Assembly: GCA_002269645.1 (NCBI GenBank) | Contig: NIVC01000917.1 | Coordinates: forward strand, 242,578-306,577 | Length of the DNA stretch: 64,000 bases | Source: Macrostomum lignano | Taxonomy: Eukaryota | Direction of reading: 5' to 3' | Shown: in pieces, positions 57,011 through 64,000 of the stretch | Position numbering within the stretch: the stretch's first letter is position 1 | Layout of the letters: the number at the start of each line of letters is the position of its first letter | The notes under the pieces: model-generated | Told to the model about the DNA's origin: nothing | The model's database searches: none | Seen by the model: the letters and a program-made list of their open reading frames with translations, nothing else | Program-made: the position numbers and the translations under genes

Positions 57011-58803
57011 ATGGAAGACGGCGAAGCCCCTCTGACTGCTTCCAGCAGACGGAGGCAAAAGCAGCAGCGTCACCAGTCAGTGAGGTAGGAAACAGCCAAA
57101 TTGGGTCAGACTACAAAATTTGCTCCTTTTACAATTATTGGAAGCTATGAGCGTTCTTTCGAATGCTTAAGCCGTCTTGTACAGACTATAAGACATTCTC
57201 TGAAACAAGTGATTTTTGTTGCTAGGTGAAATGTAAATCACGACAAATTTTAAACCGAACTTAAGTAGCTCGACTGATGAGATAGTTGCTGGGGGAAATG
57301 TGGTCCAAAGAGCCTGCAGTAGCGAGCGTATCAGCGTTGGTCTAATAGCCGGATGTCGAATCGCTTCAGGTGTTCCACAGGACGAGCTCCATCCAACGGG
57401 AGTCGGCACGGGAAAATGCAACCTCTAACAGAGATGCCGGAGGTCGCCGACACAGGCGGTGGCAGCGGCGGCGGCGGCAGTAGCCGAGCCTTGTACACAG
57501 CCAACCGGGTGGAGCTCAAGGCCAGCCGACTTCTGCCTCGGCCGGCTCCGCTGCCGCAGTCGCGTTGGTCGAACAGTCAGGCCAGCGGCGGCAGCAGCAG
57601 CATTGGAGGAGGCGTCGCCAGCTTCTACGCTCGACTCCGTCTGGCTGGCGGACCACGACGCAGCGCAGCGGCCGCCTTCGAAGCTGCTACAACGGAACCC
57701 GACGGTGGTGAAGAGGTGCACGAACATGTCTTCACTTCTTTTAGAGCAGGGGAAAAGTCGGGATGTATAAAGGCGATGTGTACGTAAGAGTCAAAATGGA
57801 GCCTGAAGCATTGGGTCTCAATTTCTCTACACCAATCCCTTCATTTGGAGCCAAGTAGCTCCCGTTATGCCGAAAACTCGACCACTTTAGCATTTGGGGG
57901 TCTCTGTGGGGAGAAATGGGGTAAATGGGGATTCCATGTGAACTTAAGGCTCTTAAGACTACGGGAATGCGGCAAGGTCGGTGCCGTCGATTGTCGGGAG
58001 ACAAACCTTCAAATGGAGCGGATGAGAGCGGCCGGATCGCGATGACTCGTAGCGGACACATGATGAAATCCCCATTTATCCCATTTCACCCCGTAGAGAT
58101 CCCCAAATGCTAAAGTGGTCGGGTTTTCGGCATAACGGGAGCTATTTGGCTCCAAATAAAGGGATTGGCCTAGAGAAATCGGGACCCAATGCTTCAGGCT
58201 CCATTTTGACTTAAGTACACATCCCCTTTCGACTTAATGTCAGACTCTGATGTTGCATTTATCAGCTGGAGATCGGCTTTTAGATTGGGGGCTATCAACT
58301 ATAAAATCCTGCGCTTCAGACTATTGCTTTTTGTGGGTTTTTTAAGCATTACGAGCGTAGGTTCCACTTGTAGCACTTGTGTGGTTCGTTTTTTTGGTCC
58401 AGTAGATTTAGTAAGATCCTGCCGGAATTTTTCGCAGCCTGCATTCTTCTGCTGATAATGTTGATACCAGTCACTTGGATGGTCTACTGTAGAAACAGAC
58501 CAATACGTCGTAACTCCAGATGAATTAATCGATGCATTTTTTCTCAAGGTTCGCTCATCGACTCTCTACCTGAGACCCGGCGCTCCGCAGTCTCTGCTGA
58601 CGGTTGTCGCTCCAGGCGATGAAGCATCGGCGATGCAGCATCGTCGAAGCGTCGCGGACTCTGCGACCGCCTGGCGTTCAACGGCATCGTCCTTCGTGCA
58701 CCGGCAGAAGCTGATGAAGTGCGACACGGCTGTGAGTCGGGCTCTGTCTAGCGGCAACTCCAGCCAGTCCACTGTGCAGCGAGTTCTGTGGGCGAGCAAG
58801 TGA
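57011..58803 (+). CDS. Putative orphan protein, about 238 aa; exons 57011-57079, 57323-57715, 58549-58803
   Basis: Three GC-rich open segments join in phase 0 at GTGAGG/TAG and GTGCAC/AAG sites; no recognisable domain. Confidence 0.5.
57769..58229. mobile_element. MITE with about 150-bp imperfect TIRs, in the orphan-gene intron
   Basis: AAAGGCGATGTGTAC..GTCAAAATGGAGCCTGAAGCATTGGG mirrored at the right end; TSD unclear. Confidence 0.75.
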
Positions 58804-59510
58804 TCTTGGGCGCCACTGTGCGATGCTGCCATGAAGTCTAGGAGAGTGGAAGGTCAACTTGGGATTTTGAGCGTTATGGTATTGATAAATTCTCCATGTT
58901 GACACCGCAGTAGTTCCTAGTCTGGTTCCTATGCGTTCTAGTCGACCAGATTCACCTCGGCAATTGGAACAATTTTTCAAACCAAACGGCTCTGTACATG
59001 CTTTCAAATGATTTCCTCTTGTACTAAGCTTTTTCTCACTTAATCAGAACACTGCAACAAATAATATTCGGTTCAATAAATCATTCAAACTGAAATTAAA
59101 GATGAGATTTTTTTGATAAACACATGACGTCATATTTCAATGACGTAATGTATTTTGGGCATCTTGCTAGTAGTCACAGAGCGTTTGAAGTCAGAAAATT
59201 TCATCGCAAAACATCATCAGTCTACAAAATACTAAGCAAAAACAGCATAAAGGCGAATTATTTTTCAGAAGTCATGCTTTGGTAAATATCATTGACGATG
59301 TTATGCTTCAGTTATGCAGGGAAATTCTTACGAAGTTTCTTAGGTGATTCTTTAGATCTGCTTGCATTTAAAATTACATAATGTTGAGACCAAAATTAGT
59401 AAAATATGAATCATTTTAATCGAGCGGCGTCAATCTACTCTCATTGAACAGTAGTGAGTAGCGGCAATCAAACTGCAATTTGCAGTAGTAAATCCACAAA
59501 GTTTACAGCA

Positions 59511-62241
59511 CTACATTGGTTCGCTAGTCGTCGACTTGCCGCGCTTGTTCCCCGCGCTAGTCTCGCTGTCGTCGCGACGCTCGCCACTGGCTCTAGAATC
59601 ATCGCCAGTGTGAACAGCGGCCGAGCACAGCTGGTGCATCCGCAGGGCGACGTGAACCCACAGTTCGAGCAGCTCGCACACAGTCAGCAGAGAGATGCCG
59701 CACCACAGGCCCAGGATGCCTGACAAATAGGGCGTTCGGTTGAAAATTGATCAAATCGACCAAGTCGATATGGGCATGTGGTGCCCGAGATGGCCAGATC
59801 GATCCTCGCTCCAGTTCGATTCTGCGGTGTTGCCCTCATTAATGTGGGGTTTGCGGGCACCGAATTTGGACCTACACACACACAGAATTAGTGTGCATGC
59901 CTGTCTGAGTATGTTTGTGCGCATGCGTTCTCTGGGGTTTGCGATACGGACCTTGCTAGCTGTGAAACGGACCAACTTTAGATTTAGATTTAGATTTAGA
60001 TTTAGGAGCTTCAATGAACCCCTGGAACTAGCAGTGACGTCAGAGGATGGCCTTGGTAACTGTCGAGATTATCACTTGTGCGCAGGGGCGTCGCCATGGA
60101 TTTTATGGTGGGGGGGACAAAGCCAAGAATTCAACATGTACATGTACATGACTAAATTCGTGCATTTCCATTATTTCAAGAATCGTGTTGTCAGCCATAA
60201 TTTTGGCGCCGCAGGTACTCATTTTGGCGTTGCAGGCACTCATTTTAATGCCATAGGCACCATTTTGGCGCCGCAGGCACATTTTAGCGCCGTAGGCGCT
60301 ATATTTTGGCGCCCTGAAGAAAAATTATTGATTACCACGAGTCAAAAGGTGGGGTGGGGGGGGAAAGTATTGGCATGTCCCCCCATAGCTTTTACTGGGG
60401 GACATGCCCTCCCTGTCTCCGTCCGGTGGTGACGCGCCTGCTTGTGCGCATGGTTTTATAAGCAGTCATTTTCTTTCAGTACAGTGTCCGTCATAGGTAA
60501 ACTGTGCTTGCTCCCAATTCACAAACCTCCCATATCGGCCAGCAAGTTCTTGACCGGGTAGGCCTCCTCTTCGATTTTCTCTTCGCCTAGGGGCTCGGAC
60601 GCGGACACCGACACCATGGCCAGGCGGTCCTGCAGGACGCTCATCTCGTAGTCGAATCTGGTCAGATTAGCTGTCAGCTTGGCTGTTCCGCGAAAGTTTC
60701 GAGTCAGGGCCAGAGCGCTTAGGTAGGCGGAGTACAGGCTCACTGGCCGCGGAATCGGCTGACGGAGTTGGGGTAGCCGAACCTGCTGGCCAGGCCGCTC
60801 AGGAATTTTAACAGAGTGTCGCGACGAATGTTCGGCCACGTGTTGGCCACTTGGCTGACTTTGAACTCGAGGGTCTCGCAAGGCAGCTTGCAGCGGCTTC
60901 GGGCCTCGCTACGGTAGCTTTTCAGCAGATTTAGCTGGCGAATATAGCACTGGTCAGTGGCGTACAAGTTCTCGATGTCAGTAGTGTTAAAGCAAATCGG
61001 GTATTTGGCGTACAGCTGCTCGGGGATGGGCAGAAATGTTGGCAGGCAGCTGCAGTTTTCGGCGAATCTATGTAGCACAAACTCGTTGAAGCAGTCCTGC
61101 AGAGTGCTTGCTTTGAATTTCATCTTCCTTCGCATTGGTCCCCTGCAGTTTTTTGTTCTTGTTAAAACATCTTTATCATGTAATTGCACAAGCGATTCAA
61201 ACAGATTTACCTGAATTTGCTGTAGCTCTGAAATAGGTCCCTTATAATATCTGTCTTGATAGTCCAATTCGAGGCCTCAATTGGTCCGGTAAACAGCGAG
61301 TCCATCCGGTCGCTGATGGAGTTCGGGTACGTATTGATTTAAAAAAGTGCCTGATGTAAAATCAGGCATGGTTGATAATTGACAATGCAGGAGGGATGCG
61401 TTAGTGCATTAGTGTATCCAATATTTGTAAGTGGGGCGCACCAGTGTCCAGAATCTAGACCCACTTGGACTGGGTACTCACAGTACTTTGTCGCTCAGGC
61501 TGGCAGGTGTCCAGGAGTCAAGCATATACGTTACTGGCATAACTTCACGAAGGCACTCTCTGACTGGTGGCTTTGAGTACCTGACAGTTCTATCGTATCG
61601 CAGTTTCAGCTTGGTGTGCTGCGCAGGCATGACCTCCAGAGCGTTCGCTGCCCAAGGGAATGTGCCTTCCGGGACCGCGATCACCTAACAGTGTAAGGGA
61701 GCGGATGGTATATATTAATCAAATTCAGGGAGATGTGAACAACCAGGGCGCAATCCAAGTAGTCCAAGCATTCGCAAAGGGTGTACAACAGCCCTGACTT
61801 GTCAAGCGTATCGATTTCGTGTTGTCTTTAGGGTTGGCGTAAGCAATGGTCGTGTTTTTCATTCTACTTATCAAGAAGCGAAAGCCACCTTTATCGCAGA
61901 ACTTTCGCTGCCACCACCGCCTAGCACAACATTGGCCAACTTGTTGGCCTGGCGGTAAACTCCGCCAAACGAATCAGTAGCATCGCTGAACAGTTGCACT
62001 TGAAAGATAACATCGGCCACTTCACTTGAGCTGAGGCCACGTAGCAGTGGCTCCTTCAACAGTCGCTGGCAGACGCCCAGTTCTGGCTGCAGTACCGACT
62101 GGAAATTCGATGGACCGCACGACTGGCCGTTAAACTCGCACTTGATCAGGCCGTCGGCCAGGTCGACACCGAACTGTCGGGCCAGCGGTGCGCTACCAAC
62201 TCGAGCGCGCACCGATCCCGTCACGGCTGGACTGGCCTTGT
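59511..62241 (-). CDS. DEG/ENaC-family channel, FaNaC-like, 3' part; exons 61889-62241, 61482-61684, 61211-61312, 60527-61142, 59511-59719; further exons likely near 63660-63800 and beyond the window
   Basis: CEFNGQSCGPSNF, ENCSCLP, CKLPC.TLEF, TM2 LLADMGGILGLWCGISLLTVCELLEL; one frame break near 60765. Confidence 0.88.
60083..60440. mobile_element. hAT-type MITE, 358 bp, in the channel intron
   Basis: TIR CAGGGGCGTCGCCA / TGGTGACGCGCCTG; perfect 8-bp TSD CTTGTGCG. Confidence 0.88.
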
Positions 62242-62544
62242 CTGGGAGCCGGTCGGTTGGGTTTTATAGGATCGATGAATTCACCCAAATGAAGCCAAAG
62301 TCAAGTTGCTAATTGAAGGACCAATGTGCTATTTCTATTGCATCAATGAATAAATGCAGCTCACTCACAGCACGGCTTCACCGTACAAGCTTCAAATAGG
62401 ATGGTATTTTCGGCTTCGTTTAAATAGAAGCAGCCCGGTTCTGTAGATTTGGCCACTGTTTCGCGACTGAAATAGTCGAGTTTGGATTTCACATTGGGGA
62501 CAAAGTAATATCAGATATATTGAATAAATGGCGAGATTTGGCTT

Positions 62545-63620
62545 TATATAAAGGACTGGGAGGCGTGGTTCGGTTCCTATCAAAAGGACTGGGAGGTGTG
62601 GTTCGGTTCCTATCGAAAGGACTGGGGGTGTGGTTCGGTTCCTATCAAAAGGACTGGGAGGTGTGGTTCGGCTCCTATCGAAAGGACTGGGAGGTGTGGT
62701 TCGGCTCCTATCGAAAGGACTGGGAGGTGTTGTTCGGCTCTTATCGAAAGGACTGGGGGTGTGGTTCGGCTCCTATCGAAAGGACTGCATGGGAGGTGTG
62801 GTTCGACTCCTATCGAAAGGACTGCATGGGAGGTGTGGTTCGACTCCTATCGAAAGGACTGCATGGGAGGTGTGGTTCGACTCCTATCGAAAGGACTGGG
62901 AAGTGTGGTTCGGCTCCTATCGAAAGGACTGGGGGTGTGGTTTGGCTCCTATCGAAAGGACTGGGGGTGTGGTTTGGCTCCTATCGAAAGGACTGGGAGG
63001 TGTGGTTCGGTTCCTATCAAAAGGACTGGGAGGTGTGGTTCGGTTCCTATCAAAAGGACTGGGAGGTGTGGTTCGGTTCCTATCAAAAGGACTGGGAGGT
63101 GTGGTTCGGCTCCTATCGAAAGGACTGGGAGGTGTGGTTCGGCTCCTATCGAAAGGACTGGGAGGTGTTGTTCGGCTCTTATCGAAAGGACTGGGGGTGT
63201 GGTTCGGCTCCTATCGAAAGGACTGCATGGGAGGTGTGGTTCGACTCCTATCGAAAGGACTGCATGGGAGGTGTGGTTCGACTCCTATCGAAAGGACTGC
63301 ATGGGAGGTGTGGTTCGACTCCTATCGAAAGGACTGGGAAGTGTGGTTCGGCTCCTATCGAAAGGACTGGGGTGTGGTTTGGCTCCTATCGAAAGGACTG
63401 GGGGTGTGGTTTGGCTCCTATCGAAAGGACTGGGAAGTGTGGTTTGGCTCCTATCGAAAGGACTGGGGGTGTGGTCCAGCTCCTATCGAAAGGACTGGGG
63501 GTGTGGTTTGGCTCCTATCGAAAGGACTGGGGTGTGGTCCAGCTCCTATCGAAAGGACTGCATGGGGAGGTGTGGTTCGGCTCCTATCGAAAGGACTGGG
63601 AGGTGTGGTTCGGCTCCTAT
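62545..63620. repeat. About 32-bp minisatellite GGTGTGGTTCGGCTCCTATCGAAAGGACTGGGA
   Basis: Tandem copies; the three long ORFs here are repeat artefacts. Confidence 0.97.
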
Positions 63621-64000
63621 TAGCTAATTAGCTAACTGAAAGGTAAAGCATCACGAACACGTAAGCATTTGAGCCATTGTTGCCTGGCGCCAACTGATAC
63701 AAGGTGTCCGCCATGGCGTGAACACCCCTGCAGTAATTGGACTCATTGCTGAGTTCGTAGTCCGGAGTTTGCAGAATCAGTTGCACTATTGATTTGTCTG
63801 AAATTTTGCAAGTGAGCACGCAGAGTAGCTCGTACTCGAAATACATCCACCGACGTTTGGCCGACGTATACCGTTAATGGAAATGTACTACAAATAAAAA
63901 CCATCGTTTACCCGTGACATCGAGTGAATCTTTGTTTGCTGAAAACAGAATTTTTGTTTGCTGATTCAACATCAGAAATTTTGACTTGAATAAACTTGAA

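Noticed and set aside
57425-58832. Minus-strand ORFs as extra 3' exons of the channel
   Set aside because: The channel frame stops at 59511, and the plus-strand splice model is phase-consistent.

Overview
AT-rich, intron-containing animal DNA. A flatworm such as Macrostomum is my inference from GC-rich exons, short introns and minisatellite-filled introns; this is not proven. Genes: ARF1-class GTPase (+), plastin/fimbrin (-, four frameshifts), ALMS1-like protein (-, 5' end not found), SFT2-domain protein (+), CFAP92-like ciliary protein (+), a probable three-exon orphan gene (+), and a FaNaC-like DEG/ENaC channel (-, runs off the window). Mobile DNA: a young internally deleted BEL/Pao LTR element with identical LTRs, TSD and PBS; a near-perfect 1.3 kb foldback element; several hAT-type MITEs; a tRNA-derived SINE family; a degenerate LINE. 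Many intronic mini- and microsatellites produce the long spurious ORFs. The most notable items are absent from the ORF track: three tandem box H/ACA-like RNAs with compensatory stem changes just upstream of ARF1 (one split by an insertion that leaves both hairpins intact), a 30-nt in-frame SFT2 microexon encoding an acidic dileucine motif, and three strongly CpG-depleted domains that each lie 5' of a gene's first visible coding exon. All coordinates and counts were read by eye.
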